Made by a program: the position numbers and the translations under genes
Notes under the pieces: generated by a model
What the model was told of the DNA's origin: nothing
Seen by the model: the letters and a program-made list of their open reading frames with translations, nothing else
The model's database searches: none
Origin: Tubulanus polymorphus
Lineage: Eukaryota > Animalia > Nemertea
NCBI RefSeq assembly: GCF_964204645.1
Contig: NC_134032.1
Coordinates: 4,240,175-4,304,174 of the forward strand
Length of the DNA stretch: 64,000 bases
Direction of reading: 5' to 3'
Shown here: positions 50,093 to 63,727 of the stretch, in pieces
Numbering within the stretch: the stretch's first letter is position 1
Layout: every line of letters starts with the position of its first letter

Positions 50093-50368
50093 TCACCGGT
50101 GAAATTATCACGGTGAGAAAATCTAGAGTGAAACTGTCGTCATCGGCTTGATTTTCACCGGTGATTGAGATTTCAAAATCACCGCTGTTTTATTTTCACC
50201 AATGATTGAAAAAATTAAATCACCGGTGGTTTGATTTTCACCGGTGATTTAAGTTCACCGGTGAAAATAATAATCACCGGTGAAATGGTTCCAAATTCAC
50301 ACATAGAATCACCGGTGATAATTTCACCGGTGATTTAAAAAAACTCACCGGTGACTTTTTCATAAGGG
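50093..50368. repeat. tcaccggtga palindromic minisatellite
   Basis: More than ten copies of (t)caccggtga with variable spacers. Confidence 0.85.
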
Positions 50369-50609
50369 AGTCTTGTCACCCAGAGTTGATTCACCGCGTG
50401 TTGAGCCATCAACATCAACACAAAGAAATCGCCCCCTTCACCACGCCTTCCATTACCCCTACTTCGTTAAATCTATGTGGAACTATCGTTGATACCAGTA
50501 CAAGTTCTGTATCAGTTGGTAAGTATGCAGATTTTTTTTCTCATTTGACTGATCAAACACCGATCAAATCCATTACATTTTTTACAAATACTTATTTATT
50601 TCTTTTTAG

Positions 50610-51232
50610 AAAGGAAACTTGATAACATTTTGGAGCTTTTAGTAGAAGTAAAATAAAGCAAAAGCGCCAAAGTAAGGCACTCGCAATATTGACAAAACAT
50701 GACCGAACGGAAGTAGCCAAATCACAAGACGACATAAATCTACCTGTTGATGAGAAAACGCAATTTGATAGGCTTGAGGGGAGACTTGGTGACCAGGTTA
50801 TCAGAGAAGGGCTAATAAGTGATCATTATCATAAAATTTAACGTTCTATATTAACATGGGAGCTGCTCAGAAATGAAGAAATAAACCAATGTGTAAACCA
50901 ATCGTTTTATGTTCTAGATAGGGTACCTTAGTTTGAATTCTCCGCAAACGACTAAAGATTCCACAAAGTCAATTATGAAGACCATGCTTTCCAACAAACT
51001 AGCAGCAGAATTAAACTGGCTGGGGAAAGCTCCGAAAACAGCCTTTAACTCGACAAGGCTATCCAAGGTCGTTATATATATGTAGTTCTATTTTTCCCGA
51101 TTATTTTATTCATATATTCTATTGAACAGATGTATGAACAAAATTTATTTCGATTCAGATACAGTACAGCGCGGTGAAAACCAGCACACCTGGATCGATA
51201 TCGAGCGCACAATGAAGGACTGGCTGAGATAC
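50610..51232 (+). pseudogene. DUF4806-like multi-exon gene remnant
   Basis: INLPVDEKTQFDRLE; IMKTMLSNKLAAELNWLGKAPKTAFNSTRL; last exon IERTMKDWLRY. Confidence 0.55.
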
Positions 51233-51799
51233 CGGTTCCTGAACTTTGCTGAAAAAGCTGAAACACTGAAACGCTGAAATAAAAACGCTGAAATTTCAGG
51301 AAATTTTCGAAAAACGCCGAAATTTCAGGGGATTCCCGAAAAACGCTGCAATCGTGCTAGGTACCGACAATACACGTTTCGAAATATTTTCCGGGCCGGT
51401 GTCCGCTGCCGAGTCCTGAACCGTGTTCTAGTCTCTACCTTCGGTTACAGAGTTACATGCCTTTAGGTCGTCGTCATGCTCGACTTGATCGATTGCGGAT
51501 GGCGTGGATTGTAAGATGTGTTTTTTGTTTTATGTGCATATACCGGTACGATCTAACAATGAAGTTATCACTTCATTTGAATAAATTCTTTATTACGGTA
51601 ATGTCAATTCTCAATATGTTTTCTTATGTTTGGTGATTTCTTGCAACTTATCATTGCCATGTCACATACAAGCAGTAGATGAATGAAAGTACAGTTAGGC
51701 TGAACCTGATAACCCAAATTAAGTGCTAGCATGGAACTTATGATTATCAGGATTTCTGCTGCCTCTTTTGGATTCCTGCTGATTATTATCTTAATGGAA

Positions 51800-52410
51800 G
51801 AGAACCTTCTATATGGAAGAGAACCGAGGCTACCAGTGGATAATCTATTGTTGCCACCAGAAACTCAACGGTCTAGAACACATGTTGAATATTATAACGG
51901 ACTCCAGCAGAAATTAGCTTTAAGCCATCAAACTGCAATCAACAAGGTAATCAACAAGATTCGCAAATAAAAATGAAAAGAAATTACGACAGAAAAACTG
52001 TCTGTAGACCGTTTGAAGTCGGAGACAAGGTTTTATTAAATAAGCCAACTGTAAGTAAGAAAGGGCTTACAAAGAAATTGAAACATCCGTGGACAGGCCC
52101 CTTTACTATTTATCAGGCTGTTCCGGTGGGAAAGCTAGATCCCGTTTCATACAAATTAAAAACGATGGACGGTCGGACATTGCCCTCAGCGGCTCATGCG
52201 AGCAAGCTCAAATTATATTCTGGCATAGTTAGTAGGAAAATTGTCTCGCAACTAAATGAACCTCTTCTACCGAATCAATTCATCGTGAAAGTGCTGGCTA
52301 AACGCGTGCGCCAAGGGAAAACGTAGTATCTAATTAGCTGGTCAGGCTTTCCCGAAAGTGAGAACTCTTGGGAACCCGAAGAGAATATAGATGATCCTGC
52401 GTCGCGTTTG
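51800..52410 (+). pseudogene. Gypsy integrase C-terminus with chromodomain
   Basis: LLYGREPRLPVD, KRNYD...FEVGDKVLL...KLKHPWTGPFTI, then [32 protein letters not shown]. Confidence 0.85.
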
Positions 52411-52426
52411 ATAACGGAGCATCGTT

Positions 52427-54125
52427 TTGGCAACACACTTTTGCGGTACCCTGGTTTCACATACCGCACATCGACACTCGTCGACTAGTGTTCCGTGTGA
52501 CGTTCCAGCCAGCGACGACTGCATTGATATCCAAACTACTCTGAAGGCATTCAAACAAAAGTGTCAGGACCAAATCGAAGAATTCAATTCTCTCGTTGAC
52601 GAGGTAAAGTTGTCCATACCAGAATCGGTCGAACCAAAACAAAACAAACGAGGTTTGTTTAATTTTGTCAGCAGCGCGGCCAAATCACTGTTTGGGATCG
52701 CCGACCAATCAGAAATCGATGCACTTACAAAGCACATTAACTCGGTGGAGGGGAACCAAAAGATCCTAGCTAATGAATTAAAAAGGCAAGAGTCCAATCT
52801 TTCCTCTTTCATGAATGCAACTAACGACCGCATTACTAATGCTTTCAAAGGAATAGCAAATAACCATGCACTTATTACACAACTAATTGATCAAGCCAAA
52901 ATTTTTGCGTCTCAACTTTCAAAATTCAATTCATGGCATACGCGAGTTATACAAAAAATGAACCTGGTATTTACTTTGTCTAAAGTTTTGGCCTTCTATG
53001 CCGACGCGTACATCGCATTGTCTAAAGAAGCCACTAGATGGGAAGCAAGTACGGAAACACTCCGAAAGGGAGATCTCCCTAAGGCAATAATTCCGCGTAG
53101 AAGTATCGCAAAAGTGTTGCTCCACGTAGCTAAACTATTAGAAAACGACTATCCGATTTTCAAAATTGCTCACAACGACCCTAGTTATTATTATCATGCT
53201 CAAAATATCGTCTATACGAGGTCTATACGAATTTCCCTAAATTCCTAAGGAAACGACTTTTTTGATATTTTACGATTCACTCAATACCGGTTCCGGTTAA
53301 TGCGAGTTCCACAAATGCCGCTTCTATAAGGGGAATTCCGTCGTATCTAGCAGTCACTAGGGACTGGGAGTTCTACACTGTCATAAACAAGGTTTTCTTT
53401 AGCACTTGTGTGGGCAATGTATACAACCACTGCAAGAGTACATCCGCCATGCAGAGGCGTGACAACCCAACTTGCGCACCTATCGATAGCTGCACTTTCT
53501 GTATTATTACGCTACCTTGTGGTTGTGGGCTACAGACTTCGATATTCACGTTTCCTGTGCGCGTTTCAGGATGTGGACGAAAGTCGTACGTACTGACCTA
53601 TTTACACCCGACTAATCTTCCCGTCTTGCACGAATTTTTCGATAAACATAAAATTAACAATATTCGAGCAAATATGGCGTACAACGAACCGAAACGTGTA
53701 CCGCTGCCACATTTAAATGTTATTAAGGATAATTGGACGAACATTGCGGCAGCGGAAGAGAAGTTTCAAACAAAATTCCAAGTTTTAGCCAAACATGCAC
53801 GCAAGGACTCTAAATTATTCGCTACTCAGGTTCATGTCATAATTTATCCACAGCATTGATGCAGGATAGTTCCTCCACCACGACAATTCTACTCTTTCTT
53901 TCGCTAACATTGAGTATTGGGGCATTAATCCTCTCTGTTTTTCTTTTTCTGAAAAATAAAAAAATTTTACGTAGCACTTATGATATCGAGGCACTTGTGA
54001 TATCGAGCCACCTACCAATAGCGAAGGCCATACTGCCCAGCGAAAACGATCCCAGCGTATCAGTTAAACGAGTGTTAATGGATATCATCAAAACTGAACA
54101 TAGTCAGTATTTCTATATGCCCTAG
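52427..54125 (+). pseudogene. Envelope (errantivirus env / baculovirus F-like fusion protein), frameshifted
   Basis: Basic cleavage site followed by a fusion-peptide-like stretch NKR|GLFNFVSSAAKSLFGIA, heptad region, Cys cluster CIITLPCGC and a C-terminal TM helix ILLFLSLTLSIGALILSVFLFL. Confidence 0.75.
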
Positions 54126-55455
54126 GCCCACTGTGGAGGTACGTTGGAATTTGTGCTCACTGAGACACCCGAACTTACGCGAATTTCCTTAGGCAGTAAA
54201 AAATTAATGCGCCTCAAAGAATTAAGGAGAGTCGAGGAAACTGCGATAGGGTTGAAAGTTACGGACCTCAATAAGGGGGATATTTTCGGTTAGGTACGCT
54301 CTTTGTGCCTCTAGAGTTTTATCCATATTTTATACGTATTTTATAATTAAGAAGAAAAGCTTTATTTCGCATAGTATCTATATCTGTACCTATATCCAAG
54401 TATATAAAGACGCTAAAAAAACCAAATGTATTGTCATGCTAGCAAAAAAAACATATATGTAAACGTGGTTAAATTTAATGTAAAAAAAATATATTGTACT
54501 GATGCCGAGGCAGAGATTTCGCCGACGACAGTTCAGTCACATTAGATGCGGTCCATCCAAGTGGTAATTGTCGAAAAATCCTTTATGCAATGAAGCGACA
54601 GTGCGGCTTCAGCGAATTATCAGTAGAAAGTGCGTTCGGAATAGTTAAATGCGTTAATAACAAAAAAAAATAAAACAACGTTCGTTAGTGGATTAACAGT
54701 GAAAAGCGCGTTCGAAATGGTTGGATGCGTAAATAAAACAACAACAACAACAAAACTGTTCACACTGGAATGGTAGCCGCCAATGGATTGGCTCGAAATC
54801 GCCAACAAAACGTCTCGGAGGTCGAAATATGCCCCGTCACCGGTAGTCTTTCGTGGCTCCGAAATTATCATTTAATTTGAAGAAAACTGATCGCCCTCAA
54901 ACCGTCATGTACACAGCATTGACCATCGTTTAAAAGCGCCCACTAATCCGAATCACACCAAGATGAGTTATCACAAGGACGTATAAACTAATGGTTACCA
55001 TAACTGGAACGCCAATACTCCGCTTGATCCGCAAGCTATCCGAAGTATGACATCGTTCCGATCGCTCACGTATCCATCACCACTCCGGATAAATGATCGC
55101 ACAACAATGAACTATTCGTATCTTCTTTCCGTTCGAATTTTCAAAAGACTCTGGGATCAAGTTACCGAACTCTTTCGTGCGCGAGCACGCTACTCAGTAT
55201 TTATTGTTTGCTGTATGAAACTCATGACATTGTTACCTCTAGTCGTTGGACATTATATCAATTCACGTTTTATCATTTTTATGTACATTCACCTTCTATC
55301 ATTGTGTTATTGCTTTCTCAGCGTATTATTACATCTTTATCATGCAACTATTATTATTATGTCATTTCTTTAAACCGTTCATTCAGTTTTCAGACATTAT
55401 AAGCATTTTTCAATTGTTCGAGGGCGAACACTTGGCTTTTAAAGGGGGAGGGCAC

Positions 55456-55928
55456 TGTTACGCAGATAGGATTACAATCGACCTATTTACGTAATTAATT
55501 ATTAATATCGAACTTTTCTTGTCTAGACGTGGTTAATCTCTTGGAAACCCCCTTGTTGTTTACAAACACGGGAGATCAACTTATTAACCACGACTACTCA
55601 GATTATATATGTCATATCATGTTTCTTGTAAATAACCATATATCTATATAAACTAACCCCCGATCATGTAAAATTGTCATTTTACTTTATATCATCGACG
55701 ATTAAATCTATACAACACGCATATATTCGACTCTTACCATTCCTGGCTCTATACCTCTGACTAGTTACCCCACATTGGAAATCACCATCAACCGAGGATC
55801 TTACAACCTAACGTCGGTTGTGTCTAGGTTCGGCATGCATATACTACAGGATGAGGTTGAAAATATGAAAGAGACAGACGACCCTTGGGCGACCCCAGTG
55901 AGGCGACCCTAGCCGACCCTTCGTAACA
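55456..55928 (+). mobile_element. 3' LTR (473 bp) preceded by a polypurine tract
   Basis: PPT aaagggggaggg at 55441-55452; termini TGTTACG...CGTAACA; tatataaa near 55645. Confidence 0.85.
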
Positions 55929-57069
55929 AGTTTGCTTGTGTACGATGAAAACAATAAAGAGTCAATTATGATATGTAATTCAAGGCGATCAAGTCGATTA
56001 TAGCTCCGGGTTTGGGCCCGTAAAAACCCACATGGTGCCGTGACCAGGATATAAGTCACTTTTGGGCCCACACAAACAAAAGGATTACATTTCGTCATTG
56101 AAATTTTTCAACACATGTTACTAAGAATATATCAACGCGATAAAGAACCAAGTAACGTAATCTCCCAAAGCAATTGTATCATTTTAACTCATGTGTTTTC
56201 GTTGACCGGCCGCGTAGTAGCATCCAGTGAGTCTGTGCAGAGTTGTAATTCAGATAGTTACAATGTCAACAACACGACACGTTTTTTCAGCCGCCGATGT
56301 AAATCGAATACTCTCTGAAGGTGATCACAACGAAATCGAAGTTTAGATGAGGAATCAGATGAATCCGATCATGCAAAAAATCAGATTTCGCCGGAGATAT
56401 TGTCGGAATCAGATTCCGAGGACGATTAAGCGATATCGTTGTAACTGGAAGAAATGAAGTCAACGATGAAGTAATCAGAAATGTTCGCAAATGGTTTGGA
56501 AGAGCAATTTGTCATGTTCATTTAATCTTTTAAGGAGTCTACATATTATGCAATCTTGCAACTGCAGATAGGCCCAGTCAAGTAATAAAATTCATGCACT
56601 ACAATATAGTATACATTGATGAGGGGGCTTTATTAGCCCTTGCATCACTATGAAAGTTTATCATTACTACATAGTTTGCTATATTTGCTGGGAAATGCTA
56701 TGGATGATTGTCTTACAGAAAAACCATGAAAAAATTGTGACTAAGAAGCCTTGCAACTGTACAATAGGAAGGAACCCAATAACTGCACCATACTGAAGCC
56801 ATACTAGGTTTATCTCCTATATATTACAGGGAAATGCAATGGATATTTTCTTTTTAATTGTTTCAAATGCGGCGATTTAGTTGGATATCAATATCAGATA
56901 TCAAATAGACACTATAATTCGATCATATGATGAAAACGAACGACCAGGGGAAAGAATGTGTTTCATAATGTGATATCCCGGAACCATTGTAAACGAGAAA
57001 TTCCTGATCATTCCGCAAGACGACTAGTAGAATATAGTCGAAAAGTCGAATAAACTATGGCTCTAGGAA

Positions 57070-57790
57070 ATATTTTTCGCAGAAGGTGAAGTAATCGAAG
57101 TTCAGAAGCAGAATCCGATGAAGAATCCGATCACGCAGCGCCAGATCATCAGATATCACCCGTCGCATCGTCGGAATCGGAATCCAAAATTTATGATATG
57201 ATCGATCCACCCGTCGTTGCCCGTGGCCGTGCTCGTGCTCGCGGTTGAGGAAGGGGGAGAGTCGTCGCTGATCCGGACCAAGTGAACTGGACAGATTGAG
57301 GGCAGATCGATCCAGGGCCGACCCCGTTACGATTCAGGCCACCCGTTCCGAGTGGTCCGCATGTCGACGAGATTGATGACGATGACCGAAGCGATCCGTT
57401 AGTGTTTTTTAGTTTGATCTTTACAAATTAAGTCATCGAGAACATCGTAACCGCAATAAATCTTTAGGCGAACGAAAGATCGCCGCCGGAAATCTGAAAC
57501 CAAATTCGCGACTCCGAAAGTGGTATGACATCGATGCAGCGGAATCGTGATCTGATGCAGCGCGACCGGTTCTTGATCATATACCACACTGGATCCATGT
57601 GTGTCATTCGGATCCTAATCAAGATCAGGAACGGGGTCACAAAATAACACCGCTGTTGCGCACACTCGCTGAGAACTTCCAGCGGCATTATATACCTTAC
57701 CGAGAATTATCCATGGATGAATCCATGATCGGATTCAAGGGCAGGATTGCGTATAAACAATACTGCCGTAAAAACCCACGAAATGGGGTT
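57070..57790 (+). pseudogene. piggyBac (PGBD4-like) transposase remnant
   Basis: HKITPLL...FQRHYIPYRELSMDESMIGFKGRIAYKQY..K..KWG; the acidic N-terminal segment is partly duplicated at ~56280-56440. Confidence 0.75.
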
Positions 57791-58714
57791 TGCTGGCGCG
57801 GAAAATCGCGTGTCATTTCTACAATTTCTACAAGGAGGAAGGAGTCTTGAAGTGTCTTTAGTTCCCGAGTAGGGTACGAGGTAAAACCTGGTTTACTTTC
57901 TCTTTCTACTTGCTGGAGACTACTATCAGCACTTTATAAATAAATACTGAAATTAAACTTACAAAACACCCAGTACTTGAGATGATGTACTTGACAAGAA
58001 GAGTGTCTAGCTAAGCATATCAACTTTGTCTATGACTCCTCCTTTTATAGATACAGTTGAAGTCTAAAAACAAGAATCGGAACATTTTTCTAACAGCTGG
58101 TATGTCATTTCTTCAAAAAAAAAACTAATTATTATCTCACCACAGCAAATAAACATTCACAGTTGTTGAATGGTTTGCCTGATTTAGATTAATTGGTTGA
58201 CGCTAATTAGTGTGACCGATACGTAGGGGCCTAATGCATGCCATTGGCGTCAATCCATTCCATTCCACGGTGAATTAAAAAGAAATTTAGTTAGATCCCT
58301 TTTGTCCAAAAGCTGCATCATATATATAACTAGCTGTCAAATTTAATTTACCTCCTTCAGAGAATACCATAGTAGTCCGTCGCCCATCAAAGTGTTGACA
58401 AAAGAAAATTTGCTCATAATCAATCCGGATTTCAAGCGAATTAATTTGTCCAACAAGTGGCCCTCTAGAAGTATACTCCACACATACTGTCCATGAATGT
58501 CTCTGTAACCGGGGTAGAGACTTAAACACGGTTCACGACTCGGCAGCGGACACCGGCCAGGAAAATAGTTTTTCGGAAATTGCCTGAAATTTCAGCGTTT
58601 TTATTTCAGCGTTTCAGCGTTTCAGTGTTTGGTAAACGCGAGCGCTAAAAGAAACAACGCACCGCAGGAAATCGACATAAATAATTAGATTAAGTATGTT
58701 ACATATAAGAGAGA

Positions 58715-59202
58715 AAACACCATGAAAGAGCTCATTTTCAAATGATTAAATGTGTTTATTCATCACGAAACATTTCTGGAAAATTTACCGTCAGGTTAGA
58801 ATGCGGCTGAATTCAATTACACAAGCTGAGTTTAATTATATAATTACTGAGTACAATTAGAAATTAGCTACTGGTGGAGCAATTATTTAAAATATGTTAA
58901 GTATAGAAGTATGGCGTTTTCAAATGATTCTTGATTAAGGGGGTTAATGGGCTTAACAAAACATGACGCATCGTTCATGCTTAACGTCTTTAGATTATTT
59001 TAACTCAGTGTTTAAGTCAAATTCTATTCGGTAATTTTATGAATAAACTCATCTCGAAGTAATCAAGAGTCGTGTACATAATCCAAATATGCTAAACTTG
59101 AATTCAGCTGCATTCTAATCTGACAAGGGAAAACATTCCAGAAAACATCTGTTATTAATCAACCTTTATACTAATTTGAAAATGAAATCTTTTGTGGTGT
59201 TT
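58715..59202. mobile_element. MITE-like element with ~100-bp imperfect TIRs
   Basis: tcaggttagaatgcggctgaattcaa (~58791) versus ttgaattcagctgcattctaatctga (~59098); similarity extends outward. Confidence 0.6.
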
Positions 59203-59313
59203 TGCCTTTATGAGCTTTTGATTTTTTAAACTTTCTACCAACAATTTTAAAAGAGACTACATTTTTGTTTCAAGATCTGTTTCAAATGTCGAAGTTTTCT
59301 TGAGTTTTCTTTT

Positions 59314-60392
59314 CTCTGTTGTTCTAAAATCTAACCATAATGCATATTTATTACCGGTATAATAATCAATTTGATTAATGTTACAATTTTCAGATGATTT
59401 CACTTTTTCATTCATAAAATGTTTTCTAATTTCTGGCCATTGATCAATCATTCTCATTCCTTGACAAAATATTTTATTTGCTATTCCTTCGATAGTTATT
59501 TCTACTTTTGTTATTTCAGGATTATAATAATTATCAACATTTATTGCACCATTAGTATATGTTGCAATGGTAAAAAATATTAATATACCTTTAATAGATC
59601 TTCTTGGGAAGTTAATATTCTCATTAATAATTTCATCATTTGCATTTATAGTTACGGTTTTAAATTTATCAATATAATCATATAATAATGAAAATCCTTG
59701 ATTGTATTTAGTTTGAATTATACTTGAAATATTTTCATCAGTTACTGTATCATATTCTAAACATATATTCGATAATTTATAACTCATATCTTTATTAACG
59801 CTAGATATTACAATTTCATTAACAGGAACAAATAATATTTCGAATATAACATCTTCTTGAATTGCGTATTTATATAAAGGTGCATTATTATTTATCAATT
59901 CAAAGTCTAATGGAATTTTATATTTGCTTCCATATATACTTTTATCAATTTATCTACAGCATTAGTTAATATTGCATTATGTGCTTCTGATCTTAATTCA
60001 TTTTGGTTTTCTGATTGGATTCCTTGAAATATCATATTATTTCTATTTTCTTTAGTTAACAATAAATCTTTATAATGCATAAATAAATTATAATCATCTA
60101 ATGAGAAAACTGTTTCTGGACCAATCTTTATTGTTAATTTTTTAATCAAATATCTTCCAACATTATCAACAACATAATTATTATTATTACCGATTACTTT
60201 TATATCGGCTGATAAATAAATACTATTTGGAACATAAAAAGTATTTTGTGTTAATCGAGGAATTCTAACATATAAAGTTTCATCAGGATTAATATTAGAA
60301 GGGTTATGAGTAATTATATGATGTGATCTTTCTGCTTTAATAGCATTAGATATTCTAGAAATCTTAGAAGGATTGATATAACTCCCACTCAT
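59314..60392 (-). pseudogene. Probable double jelly-roll major capsid protein (one frameshift, 3' truncated)
   Basis: Beta-rich pattern ITHNPSNI...LYVRIP...SIYLSADIKV...GRYLIKKLTIKIG...YKLSNICLEYDTV...PRRSIKGILIFF...YNPEITKVEITIEG...YALWLDFR, as recalled for MCPs of Polinton-like elements. Confidence 0.6.
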
Positions 60393-60412
60393 TTATGTAA
60401 CAAAAAAATTAA

Positions 60413-61903
60413 TTATTTATTTTTTATCATGTTTACTAACCCAAAAATGATTGCACTTACAACTGTAATTAAAAATAAAATAATATGTTCAGCAGCAAAG
60501 TTAATAATATTCCCAGCAGATTTCAATATAAAACCAACAATTGATGCAATAACTCCTGGCAATGCTGCAGCAGATTTCTTTGATAGTTCCCATAAATATT
60601 TTGCTAATTTCTTTAAACCATCTTTAACTTTATCTTGTATAGAATTATTATCTGGGGGTTTATCCGGTTTATTGGGAGTAGGAGTAGATTTCAAAGCATT
60701 TGATATAGCTAAACCAATTGTTGTGAATAACATAGTTACAGCTGTTAGAATTGAAAGAATTGTGATTAATTCTAATTTAAATAACAATCTTATTCTATCT
60801 TTCAATGATATTTTAGAATCTGGTTTTATCAACACATCTTTAAAAACAACTTTTAATTTTTTAATATGATTAAGATCATATGATTTTAATAATGTATCTC
60901 TTTCTTCTTTCTGTAATTCTATATTATATTCTAAATCATCTATTTATTTATTATTTATTATTATTTTAGAAAATCTCATCTTAATATTAGCAATTTCATC
61001 AGATGATTCTTGAATACCTTTAATTTCTCTACGTGCTTGTTCAGGAAATTCTTTTAATTCTTCATCAGTTAAATCAAGTAATCCTTTTTCTAGTAAAGAT
61101 TGTATTCGATTTATTCCAGTTTCAGTACCGGGTGTATCTAAAATACTATTCATCTCTTCGTCAAATGAATGAACTGTATCAAACATTTTATCAAAATGTT
61201 TTACTACTTGTAATTGATTTGAATCATTATCAATTTGTTGAATATCTCTTTTAGATGTTTCGGGTGTTGAAGATCTTAATTTATCTGATCGATCTCCATA
61301 CTCTTCCATTTCTGTTTCTGGATTATCTTTGATTATTTTAAATAAGTCTTCAATTCTTTGTTTAAATACTCTTTTATTTTGATTTTTTTCTTCTTGTGTT
61401 ACATCTTCTATTTCATTACTATTTCTTATTCTCTTAATTCTAGATAGTAATGAGTCAGACTTAAGCAAAGTTGATTTTGCTATTATTTTGTCTTGATTTT
61501 TATTAGAGATATTTATATAATAATCCGAATCATCTTTCAAACTATAATAATATTCACCATCTAAAAACTTTAATTTTTTTACTAAAAGTCTGGCGCCTCT
61601 GTAATTTATATTATATCCAGAATCTTTAAATACATCTTGAAACTTAAATATAAATTCAAGATTTACTATATCTTCCTTTGTTAAACCTGGAATTAAATTT
61701 TCAGTAGGTATTCTCGATATATTTCTTCTAATATAATCATCTGTTGATGGGGCTTTAGAACCACTTTCTGCTAAATTAGAATTATATGCTGATTCATTAC
61801 CATCATCAATATTAGTTTCTGCATCATTATAATCATCATCAATATATCCTTCATTATTATTTCCCATGCCTTCCAATGGAATATCTTCTCCACCTTCTGC
61901 CAT
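60413..61903 (-). pseudogene. Virus-like coiled-coil protein with C-terminal membrane helices (~496 codons, one in-frame stop)
   Basis: ORFs 61903-60944 and 60835-60413 are in the same frame, separated only by the TAA at 60944; starts MAEGGEDIPL; hydrophobic helices at the C-terminus. Confidence 0.65.
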
Positions 61904-61921
61904 TTACATAATAAATAAAAA

Positions 61922-63256
61922 TTAAAATTTAAAATATAATATTCCTCCGATTTCAATTCCTATACAAGTTATAGCTAATTTAGCATTTTCATGGGATTTA
62001 TTATCATCATTTAGTTTAATTATATCATGTTGAATATTATCAGTTCTAATATTTTCTGATGTATTGTAATCTTTCATTTTAGAATCATTATTTAATTTAA
62101 TATTATTAGTTTTAGTTTCTGTTGATTGAATATGTTTTTTATTGTTTTCACCTTCCATTAATTTTGGAGCAGTGATAATCTTTTTATTTATATCATTTAA
62201 TCCAAATGAATTATTTATTGTTGCAGTTTTAATTAGATTATTATAACCAATTATATTTCCCATCTTTAATACTAAATCATTAGAAATAATTAATAGATTA
62301 GGGCCTATACAATAATTTAGTCTAATATGCGATTTATCTAAATAATTTTGATATCTTATAATGTTTTCCGGAATCGATCTATTTTTATCATTATGAATTG
62401 AATCTTCAAATAATTTCTAATTTCTAATAAATTGTTTCTGTGCATCGAATGAAGTGTTATCATTTCCAATTATTGGGGATCTTGTTTCAACTTGCGCACC
62501 TAAAATACATATCAAATAAGTTCTAATAGATTGATTTATTCTTTGTATACCTGATTTTGTAAAACCTTCACTATTTTCTAAAATGAAATTAACCCAACCA
62601 TTATTGTTTTGTTGTTGTATATTATTATAATATTTTGGTAATTCATTCCAATTTAGTGTTCTTATATCTGAATTTGTCATTATTTTTCCAAATTCTTTAG
62701 TATATAATATTCCTAATCCACCCATTGTTCCAATTTTTGCTCTAAAATCATTATTTGAATTAATATTAAATTCATTACATATTTTATTAAACTTAGAAAA
62801 ATTAATATTATTATTCAATTCTTTAAAATATTTTGAACCCGGTAAAGGACATTCTAATTCATCTAATATTAATTTTATTTGAAAATATGTATGAAATCTA
62901 AAAAGTGATAACATCAATGGTAAAATTGGTTTGTTTAAATGATCATTCCAACTAATTCCGCATCCTGTTGTCGCGCAATAAACAGCAAAATTTAATTGGT
63001 TCTGTCAATACTTCATATTAGATTTTAATAACCATTGTTTTGCCTCATTTAAATTTTTAAAATTAATTGTATACACATGAAATATATTTTCCATCTTTAC
63101 ATGAAAATTATTACTTTCAGTAACATAAATATATAAATCAATTAATGAATCTAAAACTTCATTTCTATATGTTATATCTTTATTAAAGTCTATTGCTGGA
63201 ATATTATATTTAATTGATTTATTATATTGGAAAGCTTTTGGAAAACTATCTACCAT
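61922..63256 (-). pseudogene. Uncharacterised virus-like protein with C-terminal hydrophobic anchor (two stops, one frameshift)
   Basis: ORFs 63256-63005, 62917-62417 and 62263-61922 join through Y*QNQLNFAVYCATTGCGIS and ILGAQVETRSPIIG. Confidence 0.6.
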
Positions 63257-63272
63257 TTATATAACTAAAAAA

Positions 63273-63708
63273 TTAATAATTTATTAATTCTTTTAATAAT
63301 TTATCTTGTTCTTCAACTTTTATATGACCATTTAAACTTATTACATAATCTAGTGTATTCTTTAATTTATTAATTTCTTTTATATTAGTTTTAATTTTTT
63401 CTTTATTACTTTTTATATTTAATTTTGAACTTATACCAGTTAAAACACTTGAACTTAATCCTAATACACCAATTGATATAGCTAAAGGTGTTAATGGACT
63501 GAATATTGCTAGAAATGTTATTACAGAACTAATTGTAACCGAACCACTTATGATCAAAAAATATATTAATTTTACTTTTTAAATATTTTTTCTTTTTTAT
63601 CTTTAAGTCACTTTCAAATTCTAATATTTGTTTTTCTAAATATGTTTTTAATTTAGTTATATTTATATCATGAGGAATAATGTCAATATTATCAACTTTA
63701 TCTTCCAT
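63273..63708 (-). pseudogene. Small two-helix membrane protein (frameshifted)
   Basis: ATG at 63708 (MEDKVDN...), frameshift, then IISGSVTISSVITFLAIF...LAISIGVLGLSSSVL. Confidence 0.5.
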
Positions 63709-63727
63709 TTATTTAGCAAAAAAATTA

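Larger units (their letters stand above)
51261..58630. repeat. Long inverted repeats (51261-51428 and 58525-58630) bracketing 7.4 kb
   Basis: aaacactgaaacgctgaaataaaaacgctgaaatttcagg...ggccggtgtccgctgccgagtc.tgaaccgtgtt on the left, reverse complement on the right. Confidence 0.8.

Noticed and set aside
60429-60869. Plus-strand 146-aa ORF
   Set aside because: Antisense shadow of the minus-strand membrane-protein gene; the same applies to antisense ORFs over the GPCR, pol and env.
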